Assembly: GCA_965648905.1 (NCBI GenBank)
Contig: CBFGIT010000005.1
Span: 68,335 to 132,334 of the forward strand
DNA length: 64,000 bases
DNA from: a candidate division WOR-3 bacterium
Lineage (GTDB): Bacteria > Hydrothermota > Tepidihabitantia > Tepidihabitantales > Tepidihabitantaceae
Reading direction: 5' to 3'
Position 1 is the first letter of the stretch. Each line of letters starts with the position of its first letter. Both the position numbers and the translations under genes were made by a program. Under the pieces are notes generated by a model, which worked only from the letters and a program-made list of their open reading frames with translations, was not told where the DNA came from and searched no databases. Below, piece by piece: positions 9,471 through 18,370 of this stretch.

Positions 9471-10329
9471 CAGGAGCCGCGTGAGGAGTTCCCAGCCAGA
9501 GACCTTTGGCCTTGGGGTGTTCCTGCCGGGGCAGGAGTTTGATGGCTCCGGTCGGGCAGGCGGCCATGCACACGCCGCACCCGAAGCAGCGGGTCGGGTC
9601 GATGTAGACCCTGGCCGCGAGATGCGAATAGAACTGGGCGCCGAACTGGCACTGACTCATGCACGACTTGCAGCCGGTGCAGAGGTCTTGGTCTACCTCG
9701 CAGACGTACTCGGCCCGAAAGAAACTCGGCTGGCCCCGGTTCATGATGTACCCCCGGTATGCTCCGCAATCCCGGTCGCAGTTGCACAGGCCGACGACGT
9801 AGGGTGTCATGCCGGTCCAGATGCTGTGAATCAGGCCTTCCTGGTCGAGCCTGCGGATGATGCGTTTTGCCTCTTCCCGGTCCAGGACTTCGAGCGACGC
9901 GGCGGGGTCCGGGAACCGGCCCATGATGTTCCACTGGTCCATGCCCAGGCCGAAGCAGTAGCGGGCATTGGTCTTGCCGGTCAACAGGAATCGGCAGCCA
10001 CAGGGCATCCGTGTAATCGAGGTGGCAAGGTCGAGTACCGCCTCCACGTCCTTCATGGGCAGGACCTGGCCGAAGTGCACAGTCTCGTCGTCTTCCAGGG
10101 CATTGGGGCCGGGTTGCCGCGGGCCCCAATCCTCGGTGCCGGGTTGGCCGGTGGCCGCGGGCAGGACGAAGTTATCCACGAACCGCTGCAGCCACTCAGC
10201 CCGGGTTGGGACCCCGGCCAGTTCCAGCTCCCGGCCTGAAAGCCGGGCATGGATCAGCTCGGCCGAGTAGTTCTTCATTTCCAGATACCACTTCTTGCCC
10301 TCGGCGTGTTTGGTGCAGAACTCACACAT
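9463..10329 (-). CDS. 4Fe-4S dicluster domain protein
   Basis: CTGCKSCMSQC and CFGCGVCMAACP; also MCEFC, CGC and CNCDRDC. Confidence 0.85.
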   Translation of the reverse strand: MCEFCTKHAEGKKWYLEMKNYSAELIHARLSGRELELAGVPTRAEWLQRFVDNFVLPAATGQPGTEDWGPRQPGPNALEDDETVHFGQVLPMKDVEAVLDLATSITRMPCGCRFLLTGKTNARYCFGLGMDQWNIMGRFPDPAASLEVLDREEAKRIIRRLDQEGLIHSIWTGMTPYVVGLCNCDRDCGAYRGYIMNRGQPSFFRAEYVCEVDQDLCTGCKSCMSQCQFGAQFYSHLAARVYIDPTRCFGCGVCMAACPTGAIKLLPRQEHPKAKGLWLGTPHAAPGG

Positions 10330-10345
10330 CGTCGTGCCCCGCGAC

Positions 10346-10981
10346 CTATTGGTTCAGGCTGAAAGGCGGGTAGCGGTCGGTTGCAAGCAGGCAGGAGTAC
10401 CAGAAGACGCGCGCGGTCCAGCGCATCGCCCCGACCACGAAGTCGAAGAGCGAACGCGGGTAACGGCCAGTGAACAGGATGGCAAACCAGGCGATGATGA
10501 CGCAGAAGATGGCCGCGACCTGGAGAAAGAAGAGCACGACAAGGTGCGGCAGCGCGAGCAACCACTTGACCAGAGGCAGCCAGCGGTTGAGCTGCGCAGC
10601 ATCAGGGTACTCGACCGAGAGGTGCACGGCCTGCTCTTCGTCGGTTGAAGGGTATTCGTCGCGCAGCAGCGCAAGGTAGGCAGATACGCGCAGGGCGAAC
10701 CGGTGCAGGGCCAGGTTCCAGTCAAACCACCAGCGAGGATACTTGCGCCGAAAGAGCAGCATCAGGACGACCGGGATGAACACGAATCCGACCGCGGTGA
10801 CGTTGCGCAGGGCGTCTGAGTTACTGCGGCTGTCGCCGCCCCAGTAGAAGAGCAGGGCGAGCACGATGGCGATGGGAATCACGGTGAAGAGCCGGAAGAA
10901 CGAAGTCAGGCGGTTCAGGTTCCGGTCCGGGTAGTCAACGGTCAGGTTCACGGGATAGGGTGTTATGCTATCGGTCATCAT
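10346..10981 (-). CDS. DUF4389 membrane protein
   Basis: Two repeats of LNR..F/W..IP/LPH..LF..YPR..FD....R..RV..Y...D.YP; SD GGAGG. Confidence 0.85.
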   Translation of the reverse strand: MMTDSITPYPVNLTVDYPDRNLNRLTSFFRLFTVIPIAIVLALLFYWGGDSRSNSDALRNVTAVGFVFIPVVLMLLFRRKYPRWWFDWNLALHRFALRVSAYLALLRDEYPSTDEEQAVHLSVEYPDAAQLNRWLPLVKWLLALPHLVVLFFLQVAAIFCVIIAWFAILFTGRYPRSLFDFVVGAMRWTARVFWYSCLLATDRYPPFSLNQ

Positions 10982-11543
10982 GCCTCCTGGTGGCGACATT
11001 AGACAAGAGTCCGCGGAATGTGACAACCGTGTTGCGGCTCAGGGCACGGTCAAAGCTCTCAAGCCAGTGCTCAATGTAGGCCTGGTCGAACCTCGGGTTC
11101 TTGGCCAGCACCATGCGGGCATCCTCGACATCGCGCGGGCGGCCGGCGACGAGCTTGTGGACTACCAAGTCCTCAAGCGTTGCGAATCTTACCGGCGTCG
11201 AACCGATCAAGATTTCGGCCGCTCGGTCGAGAGCCTGGCGCTCATATTCTGAGAACGAAAGGATGAAATCTACGCGGACACCGCTTGACTGGTCTTCAGT
11301 CGGGACGACCATGGTGTCGCGGGCGAACTGCTTCGCATCGGCGGTCAGTGGTCTGAGACCGGCACTGCGGCACATAGCCAGCACGCGGTCGACCTCGTCG
11401 ATGCCCACTCCGAGGGTGATATCGATGTCTTTGGTCATCCGCGGCTCGCCGTAGATTTGGACCGCCTGCCCGCCGATGACCATGTAGGGTATTTGAGCGG
11501 CCCCAAGCTCTCGGGCCAGGCGAGCGAGCAGTTCCTCAAACAC
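10968..11543 (-). CDS. Nucleotidyltransferase (DUF6036/AbiEii-like), putative toxin
   Basis: YMVIGGQAVQIYGEPRMTKDID, VDFI, EDLVVHKLVAGRPRDVED. Confidence 0.8.
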   Translation of the reverse strand: MFEELLARLARELGAAQIPYMVIGGQAVQIYGEPRMTKDIDITLGVGIDEVDRVLAMCRSAGLRPLTADAKQFARDTMVVPTEDQSSGVRVDFILSFSEYERQALDRAAEILIGSTPVRFATLEDLVVHKLVAGRPRDVEDARMVLAKNPRFDQAYIEHWLESFDRALSRNTVVTFRGLLSNVATRRHDDR

Positions 11544-11733
11544 TGTTGAGTGCCCGGGCCAGTTGTATCTTGTGCTCGATGCCTTCGAGCGGGTCAGGGC
11601 GGGGCAGCACGCCAAGATGTCTGGCTTCCTGGTAGAGTGCTTCGACGATGCGCAGGTTCTTCCTGAAGTCAGGCGGCGAGCTGCGCACCAGTTCCAGCTC
11701 GAACTGCTCGAGCATCTGGGCGTTCTTCACCAT
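11536..11733 (-). CDS. Small partner protein, putative antitoxin
   Basis: 65 aa, helical, overlaps the nucleotidyltransferase start by 8 nt; own promoter TTGACT-N16-GATACT at 11740-11767. Confidence 0.65.
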   Translation of the reverse strand: MVKNAQMLEQFELELVRSSPPDFRKNLRIVEALYQEARHLGVLPRPDPLEGIEHKIQLARALNSV

Positions 11734-11808
11734 GCCATCAGTATCCTTGCTGGACCGGCCAAGTCAATGCCGGTTCGCGGGCATTCAGGAGTCTGGTCAA
11801 CGTGCCGG

Positions 11809-12117
11809 CTAGACTCCGGGTTCGCTGCCGCGCTTCTCTTCTTTCTCAAGTATCTTCTTGACCTGCTTTTCTTCCCAGTCGTGGCCGAACAGGCCATAAG
11901 CGCCGAACACGCTGAACGCGTGCGAGGCAAGGCCGATGCCCCAGCCCAGGAGCGGCCAGTAGAACCACCACGTGCCGTGGCCCCGGCGCGTGAACAGGTT
12001 GATGAGAAACAGGCCCAGATTGACAACGAGATAGGTGAACAGGTGGGTGTAGAACGAACGCAGAGCTGCGACCTGTTCACGGGCGCGCGCGACACGGTCT
12101 CTTTCTTCGGCCATCAT
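11809..12117 (-). CDS. 2TM domain protein
   Basis: FYTHLFTYLVVNLGLFLIN..WWFYWPLLGWGIGLASHA..WEEKQVKK; SD AAGGAGG. Confidence 0.85.
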   Translation of the reverse strand: MMAEERDRVARAREQVAALRSFYTHLFTYLVVNLGLFLINLFTRRGHGTWWFYWPLLGWGIGLASHAFSVFGAYGLFGHDWEEKQVKKILEKEEKRGSEPGV

Positions 12118-12294
12118 TCCTCCTTAGTGGCGTCAGATACTAAAGACCATCCGGACGCAGTGTAATCAGCGACTGAGTCCGAACGGACATGGTCACGCCC
12201 AATTATGCCGCTGCCTGCCGGACGCGTCAAGGAACGGCACGGGTTGACCCTGGGCCGCGGGTCGCTAGACTGAGAGACTGAAGACCAGTCAACC

Positions 12295-12780
12295 ATGAGA
12301 GAAACCGGTCGAGTTACGAGCGTTCTGGACGGCCGCGCCGAGGTTGAGGTGACGGCGCAGGCCGCGTGCGGGCACTGCGGCGCCCATGGAGTATGCAACT
12401 GGGCCGGGGTCAAGGTGCGACGGGTCCTGGCGACGAATCAGGCAAACGCCCGGCCCGGCGATGCGGTCGTGCTTGACGTGGCCGAAGGCGGCCGCATGAG
12501 GTCGAGCCTGGTGGTTTTCGGGACCCCAGTGCTCTTGATGCTTTCCGGCGTCCTGGTCGGCGGGCTGGTCTTCGGGCGCGACCTGTGGGCCGGCGTGCTG
12601 TCCGGCGTCGGGCTTGGAGCCGGAGTGCTGATTGTGAAGCTGGTTGACATATCGGTCAGCCGGTCGGGCCGGTCTTTGCCCGTGATTGTTTGTCTGGCAG
12701 ATGAAAGCGAACCCAAAGGAGTTACCGGTGATGAGACTTGTGACCGCAATACTCGCTGCCGTGATGGCCGCTCAGGTTAG
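12295..12780 (+). CDS. SoxR-reducing system RseC family protein
   Basis: ETGRV..ACGHCGAHGVC..ARPGDAV, two TM helices; promoter TTGACC-N16-TAGACT at 12244-12271. Confidence 0.8.
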   Translation: MRETGRVTSVLDGRAEVEVTAQAACGHCGAHGVCNWAGVKVRRVLATNQANARPGDAVVLDVAEGGRMRSSLVVFGTPVLLMLSGVLVGGLVFGRDLWAGVLSGVGLGAGVLIVKLVDISVSRSGRSLPVIVCLADESEPKGVTGDETCDRNTRCRDGRSG

Positions 12781-13654
12781 CGCCCAGCCGCTGCCGCCGC
12801 AGACCAATCCTGAGCACGGCAGCGCATCGTTCTGGAAAGACGTCAAGTTCACGCCCGACACGACCGACCCGGCCGGCCGGCGCGGAACCTGGTCAGGCTG
12901 GTTCCATCAGGATAACATCGATGTGACCCGGCTCAAGGACGGCGTGGTGCGGGCGAAGATCGAGGGCAAGTGGCAGGACCTGAAGGTGGTCGAACTGCCC
13001 CAGGAGTTTTGCGACTGGAACTTCGAGCGCCGGCGCGAGCAGCTCGGGGCAATCAAGCGGCTCATGGCCGCGCCCGAGGACGGACGGATGACCCGGCCCG
13101 AGGTGGCCGGGCCGCACAACGCGATTGTCGCAAGCCACGGTATGAAACGGAACGACTCGGAGTTCGCCATCAACAATGCGGTCAAGGGCACGGGCTGGTT
13201 GCCCAGGCCGGAGAAGCTGCCTGAGATGCTGGCGCTGCTGAAGAAGACGTGGGACGACTCGATGGAGTCAAAGCTCGCGCTGCTCGAAAGTCTGTACACC
13301 AAGGCGACCGACGTCTTCGACCGGACCAAACAGGCTTCGCTCGAACTCTACTCGACACCCGGCTTTGAGACTCATACGTTCCTGAACCAGATGGTCGATG
13401 CCGGGGTCGCGGTCGTCTTCCTTGACCTGCCCAAGTCGTACGAACTGCGCTGCATTGCCCAGATGCTTCATCCTGAGGACCCGGGGCTGTCCGAGTATGA
13501 AAAGCAGGTGGTCGAGTACATCAACCTTGTTCACGACTACTTTCACGGTCGGGCGCCGCGCAAGTCAATCGGGGTCATCTACCACGTGGTGCAGGTCTTC
13601 GACAACTCGCCGGGCAAGTGGCGGGGGCAGCGCGTGGTCCCGCCTAAGCCCTAG
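12731..13654 (+). CDS. Exported pyridoxamine-5'-phosphate oxidase-like (FMN split-barrel) protein
   Basis: Signal peptide MRLVTAILAAVMAAQVSA; HNAIVAS, INNAVKG, THTFLN, SYELRC, VHDYFH, QVFDNSPG. Confidence 0.55.
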   Translation: MRLVTAILAAVMAAQVSAQPLPPQTNPEHGSASFWKDVKFTPDTTDPAGRRGTWSGWFHQDNIDVTRLKDGVVRAKIEGKWQDLKVVELPQEFCDWNFERRREQLGAIKRLMAAPEDGRMTRPEVAGPHNAIVASHGMKRNDSEFAINNAVKGTGWLPRPEKLPEMLALLKKTWDDSMESKLALLESLYTKATDVFDRTKQASLELYSTPGFETHTFLNQMVDAGVAVVFLDLPKSYELRCIAQMLHPEDPGLSEYEKQVVEYINLVHDYFHGRAPRKSIGVIYHVVQVFDNSPGKWRGQRVVPPKP

Positions 13655-13752
13655 CCGCGGCCGGACTGAAGACAACCACCGACTCCTGAGCCCGGAGACC
13701 GGCCGGCAGTCTCTGGCCTTGACAAAACCCGGCCCGGCGTTATCTTAGACTC

Positions 13753-14361
13753 GTGCCCGAAGGCAAAGAGCTCCAGGTTGCGCCGATTGCGCTGCCGGTT
13801 CCGGACGACGAGCTGGTGCGTCGGGCCCAGGCCGGCAACACCGAGGCGTTTGAGGAGCTGGTCCGGCGCTACGAGCGCAAGGTCTACAACATTACTTACC
13901 GTATGCTCGGCAACGAACAGGATGCGAGCGAAGCGCTCCAGGATGCGTTCCTGCGCGCCTACCGGTTCCTGCCCAAGTTCCAGTTCAAGTCGTCGTTCTA
14001 CACCTGGCTGTATCGGATTGCCACGAACGTGAGTCTAAGCAGATTGCGCGGTCGCGAGCGGGTAGAGACCGTGTCGCTCGACCAGCCGGTCGGCGAATCG
14101 GGTGACATTGCGCTGGACATCCCGGACTACAAGTACACGCCCGAGCGACTGATGCAGCAGCGCGAGCTGAGGCAGGCGCTGCAGGACGCGGTGAGCGAGC
14201 TGCCTGAAGACTACCGGTCGGTCGTTGTGCTGCGCGACCTCGAAGATTTGAGCAACGAGGAAGTGAGCAAGGTGCTCAAGCTTTCGGTTGCTGCGGTCAA
14301 GTCGCGCCTGCACCGGGGCCGGCTGGTGCTGCGTGAGAAGCTGGCCAAGTACCTCGAATAA
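13753..14361 (+). CDS. ECF RNA polymerase sigma factor
   Basis: DDELVRRAQAGNTEAFEELV, QDAFLRAYR, SFYTWLYRIATN, VKSRLHRGR; promoter TTGACA-N16-TATCTT ends 6 nt before the GTG. Confidence 0.93.
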   Translation: MPEGKELQVAPIALPVPDDELVRRAQAGNTEAFEELVRRYERKVYNITYRMLGNEQDASEALQDAFLRAYRFLPKFQFKSSFYTWLYRIATNVSLSRLRGRERVETVSLDQPVGESGDIALDIPDYKYTPERLMQQRELRQALQDAVSELPEDYRSVVVLRDLEDLSNEEVSKVLKLSVAAVKSRLHRGRLVLREKLAKYLE

Positions 14362-14370
14362 GGAAAGAAG

Positions 14371-14655
14371 ATGCACAGTGATGATGATTTCGTCGGCGAG
14401 TGCCGGGAATGTGAGGAACTGCTTGAGACGATTTCCGAGTTCCTGGAAGGCGAACTGACCGATGAGATGCGGCGGGACCTGCTGGTCCATGCGCAGTCCT
14501 GTTCCCGCTGCGCTGCCCTGTTGCACAGCCTGAGGCGGCTGGTCGGCTACTGCCGGGTCGAGCCGGGCGAGGATATGCCGGCCGAGGTGCGCCAGCAGCT
14601 TTGGGTGGCAATCAGGCAGGAAATCTATTCTGAGGACGATTCGGCCGGCACCTGA
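14371..14655 (+). CDS. Zinc-binding (zf-HC2) anti-sigma factor
   Basis: C..LL..ISEFLEGEL..HAQSCSRC (HxxxCxxC). Confidence 0.85.
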   Translation: MHSDDDFVGECRECEELLETISEFLEGELTDEMRRDLLVHAQSCSRCAALLHSLRRLVGYCRVEPGEDMPAEVRQQLWVAIRQEIYSEDDSAGT

Positions 14656-14667
14656 CCGCTGAGGTTG

Positions 14668-15747
14668 ATGCGCGTTCTGGCCGCGATGAGCGGCGGGGTC
14701 GATTCTGCGGTTGCCGCAGCTCTGCTCAAAGAGCAGGGCTGGGACGTGGTCGGGGTTACGATGCTGCTCCACGAGGACGACATGGGCCGGCTCAGGCTGG
14801 ATGGCCGGGGCTGCTGCGGGAGCCAGGCGGTGCGCGATGCCCGGCGGGTTGCGGCACGACTCAAGATTCCCCACTATGCCTGGGACCTGCGGCGCGAGTT
14901 CGAAGCCGCGGTCATCAAGGACTTCTGCCATGAATATGCCCGGGGCCGGACCCCCAACCCCTGTATCCGCTGCAACGACCGGATGAAGTTCGGGGTTCTG
15001 CTTGAGCGCGCCGGCCGGCTTGACGCAACCCACATTGCCACCGGCCACCATGCGCGGCTGGACCAGGTTGACGGCAAGTGGTACCTGCGCACCGGCAAGG
15101 ACCAGGGCAAGGACCAGTCTTACTTTCTCTACACGATGACTCAGGAACAGATGAGCCGGGTCCTGATGCCGGTCGGCAGTCTGACCAAACCTGAGGTCAG
15201 GGACATTGCCCGACGCTACCGGCTGCCGGTTGCCGACAAGCCGGAGAGTCAGGAAGTCTGCTTTGTTTCAGACCGCGACCACGTTTCATTCCTGAAGGCC
15301 CGAAGCCCTGAACTCAACCGGCCCGGGCCGGTACTGGATGAGCAGGGACAGGTGCTCGGTGAGCATCAGGGCGCTGTTGGATTCACGGTCGGCCAGCGCA
15401 AGGGGCTCGGGCTTGCCCTGGGCGAGCGGATGTACGTTACCCGGGTGGACGCAGCCGCCAACCTGGTTGTGCTCGGGGCCGGGCGCGAAGTCCGGGGCCG
15501 CGTGGTCGAGGCGGCAGACGTGCGCTGGACCAGCGGTAGAGAGCCGGAATCACCGGTGCGGGTCCATGCCCGGGTGCGCTACCGGAGCGCAGGCGGGCCG
15601 GCCCTGGTCGAGCCGCTGCCTGATAGACGCTGCCGCGTCTTATTCGACCGACCCCAGTGGGCGCCCACTCCGGGCCAGGCGGTCGTGTTCTGGCTCGGAG
15701 ACTCGGTGCTGGGGGGCGGAACTATCGAGTCGTGGCGCCGGGAATGA
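14668..15747 (+). CDS. mnmA: tRNA 2-thiouridine(34) synthase MnmA
   Basis: AMSGGVDS, TPNPCIRCN, ATGHHA, KDQSYFL, KPESQEVCF, TPGQAVV. Confidence 0.96.
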   Translation: MRVLAAMSGGVDSAVAAALLKEQGWDVVGVTMLLHEDDMGRLRLDGRGCCGSQAVRDARRVAARLKIPHYAWDLRREFEAAVIKDFCHEYARGRTPNPCIRCNDRMKFGVLLERAGRLDATHIATGHHARLDQVDGKWYLRTGKDQGKDQSYFLYTMTQEQMSRVLMPVGSLTKPEVRDIARRYRLPVADKPESQEVCFVSDRDHVSFLKARSPELNRPGPVLDEQGQVLGEHQGAVGFTVGQRKGLGLALGERMYVTRVDAAANLVVLGAGREVRGRVVEAADVRWTSGREPESPVRVHARVRYRSAGGPALVEPLPDRRCRVLFDRPQWAPTPGQAVVFWLGDSVLGGGTIESWRRE

Positions 15748-15807
15748 GCTTCGGATGAACCGGGTATATCTTCGCATCAATATCTCTAAAGACCAATCGG
15801 AGGAATC

Positions 15808-17376
15808 ATGATTGCATTGTTGCTCGCAGTTCAGGCGGTGACCGTATCGTCTCAGGTTGACTCGGTCGTGGTCTATCCGTATCAGGTGCTGGTGGTGCGC
15901 AGCGCAACGGTCAGCGTGTCGGGTTCAGGTGAGCTCTCCTTTCCGGGTCTGCCCGGCGGGCTTGACGACAACAGCGTGCGGATTCGGGCCCGAGGCGTGC
16001 GTATCGGCGAAGTCCAGGTCAAGCCCGGGTACATGGCTGAGCCGACCCCGGAAGTCAGACGACTTGAAGCCCGGCTCAAAGAACTTGAGGACCAGCTCAA
16101 AGGTCTGGACGACGAAGCCGCAGTGCTGAAGGCCAAGGAGGATTTCCTCAACTCAATCAAGCTCGGCTCGCCGGAGATTATCGCCCGCGAGCTGCAGCAG
16201 GGCAAAGTCGCGCCTGAGTCGTGGCGTGGGGCCCTGGTCTTTGTCGGCGATGAACTGATGAAGGTCAAGGCGCGGGCCGTGAAGCTGGCCCGGGAAAAAG
16301 ACGAGCTGGGCAGGAAGGTCGAAGCCGCCCGCCAGGAATACACGGCAGCCAAAGCTGCGGTCGAGAACCGCAAAGAGGTCAGGTTCGACTACTCGGCTGA
16401 GCCGGGAACATACTCGGTTCAGCTCAGCTACGTGATTCAGAACGCCGCGGCCTGGACCCCGTACTACGAGCTCAGGGCGCGTCCGGACGCGGCCAAGGTC
16501 GAGGTGAGCTACTTTGCCAAGCTGACCCAGCGCACCGGCGAAGACTGGACTGGAGTCAAGGTCGTGCTGTCGACCATGCGGCCTTCAGTTGGCGACGTTG
16601 CGCCTGAGCCGCGGCCTTGGTACCTGTCGTTGCTTGAGCCGGTTTCGACCCGGCGTCGGGCAATGACGGAGGCGGCGCCGATGATGGCACCGGGCGGATA
16701 CGCGGGCGGCGTGATGGACAAGCTGGCAGCCGAGGAAATCGAGCCGGTCGAGACCGGTATCTCGCTCCAATACGCGATTCCGGGCCGGGTCAGCCTTGCA
16801 AGCGGCGAACCGGCCAAGAAGCTCTCTTTGCAGCAGGTCAGCCTGCCCGCGGAGTTTGAGTACTACTGCCTGCCCAAGGTTCGGGAACAGGCGTTCCTGA
16901 CCGGCCAGGTTGCCAACTCAAGCGCGTTTGTGTTCCTGGCCGGCAGCGGCAACACCTATGTCGGCGACGAGTACACCGGCTCGATCTATGTGCCTGCGGT
17001 TGCGCCCCAGGAATCGATTCGACTCAGCTTTGGCGTGGATGAGCGGGTCAAGGTCAAGCGCGAACTGGTGAAGAGCTTCAAGTCCAAGTCCGGACTCTTT
17101 GCCAAGACCGAAAAGGCGAGTTTTCACTACCGGACCACGGTTGAGAACTACCTGGCCAGGGCAGTAACAGTCAAGGTCGTGGAACAGGTGCCGGTCTCGC
17201 AGCAGGCTGAGGTCAAGGTCAGCGTCACCAGAGTCGAGCCTAAGTTCCTCGAAGAAGACAAAGACGCAGGCACTTACACCTGGAAGCCGACGATTGAGCC
17301 TCGGGCCAGGTTCGAGGCGAACATCGAGTTCACGGTCGAATACCCGGCAGGCAGACAGGTCAACGGTTTGTACTGA
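15808..17376 (+). CDS. DUF4140/DUF4139 (MuiA-like) exported protein
   Basis: VDSVVVYP, coiled coil, LSYV..AAWTPYYELR, QRTGEDW, LSFGVDERVKVKR. Confidence 0.85.
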   Translation: MIALLLAVQAVTVSSQVDSVVVYPYQVLVVRSATVSVSGSGELSFPGLPGGLDDNSVRIRARGVRIGEVQVKPGYMAEPTPEVRRLEARLKELEDQLKGLDDEAAVLKAKEDFLNSIKLGSPEIIARELQQGKVAPESWRGALVFVGDELMKVKARAVKLAREKDELGRKVEAARQEYTAAKAAVENRKEVRFDYSAEPGTYSVQLSYVIQNAAAWTPYYELRARPDAAKVEVSYFAKLTQRTGEDWTGVKVVLSTMRPSVGDVAPEPRPWYLSLLEPVSTRRRAMTEAAPMMAPGGYAGGVMDKLAAEEIEPVETGISLQYAIPGRVSLASGEPAKKLSLQQVSLPAEFEYYCLPKVREQAFLTGQVANSSAFVFLAGSGNTYVGDEYTGSIYVPAVAPQESIRLSFGVDERVKVKRELVKSFKSKSGLFAKTEKASFHYRTTVENYLARAVTVKVVEQVPVSQQAEVKVSVTRVEPKFLEEDKDAGTYTWKPTIEPRARFEANIEFTVEYPAGRQVNGLY

Positions 17377-17499
17377 ACCGGTGTGTTTCCCGGCCTGAGC
17401 CGGAACAGGCTGGGACGCACAGACAGACGGCAAGTGCCGAATCGGCAGGACTGCACGAGACGCCGGGCCCGGTTGCGCTGGCCTGCGCAGTACGTGACC

Positions 17500-18260
17500 T
17501 GACCGGCAAAACAAACCGCAAGAACCAAAGCCAAGACCGCGACCCAAACCGCGACAAGCGCCAGGACAAGCGCCCGCGCAAACACCTAATCAACTGCCGA
17601 CACAACCGCTCGGCAGTCTGCTCAAGCTGCTGCCCGACTTTCTGCTCGTGACACCGCACGCGGCTTCTGGCGCGTGACTGCTCAGGACAACGCTTCGGGC
17701 AATGCCTGAGAAAGCACATCCGGCATCAGGTGAAGCGAGACCAGAGAAAAGACCCGCACAACCGTGCTTCCAACCGCAAATCAAGATACTCCCTGGGGTA
17801 CGGCCTCTAGATGGCACAGGTACCGTGTAAGTCATTGCCATTGTGAGTATTAGAATCTGATAGCTCGTGCTGTGGGCAGTGCCCCGCTAACCCGAGCCAG
17901 AATCGAGCGGATAACAGATTGACAAGCAAGGCGTTACGCGCCCAAGGCAGGACTGCCAACCGCGGCTCGTAACCGTCAGGCAGGCGGTTCCCCAAAGCCT
18001 TTCTATTGTTGCTTCAGCCGGCCTGACCAGCGTCATTGTTCGAGTCGATTGTCTCGGCGATTCTTGGGACATGTCAGACATGATTCTCGGCGGAGATTCA
18101 GACGGCATCTGGCTCCAGACCCCTGTCAGAACGCGCCTTGGGACGCTGGCTGGCGCGGCAGCCGTGATTGCAGTTGTCACACTGCCCGGCACTCCAACCG
18201 GCACTTCAGAAGGCACGACCAGCGGCATTTCTCAAGGCATGACCGGCAGCATTGTATAAG
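17500..18260. repeat. Non-coding region with two degenerate 12-bp-periodic arms around a palindrome-containing core
   Basis: NYGC phased every 12 nt at 17594-17705; GACAAGCGCC at 17553/17565; GGCA at 18188/18200/18212/18224/18236. Confidence 0.6.
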
Positions 18261-18370
18261 GCCCGAGAAGTGGCCCCGCCTTTGGCCGGTGCTGATTGTG
18301 CCGGAGCGTTAGGCGTGACGGTGTAAGTGGCCAATGCCCAATTGGTCGCAATGACGTCGAGCACCCTGGC

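Noticed and set aside
17274..18312. Short ORFs in the periodic region (e.g. 17274-17585 minus, 17887-18228 minus, 18071-18259 plus)
   Set aside because: Low-complexity products of the 12-bp periodicity; no clear SD or recognisable domain.
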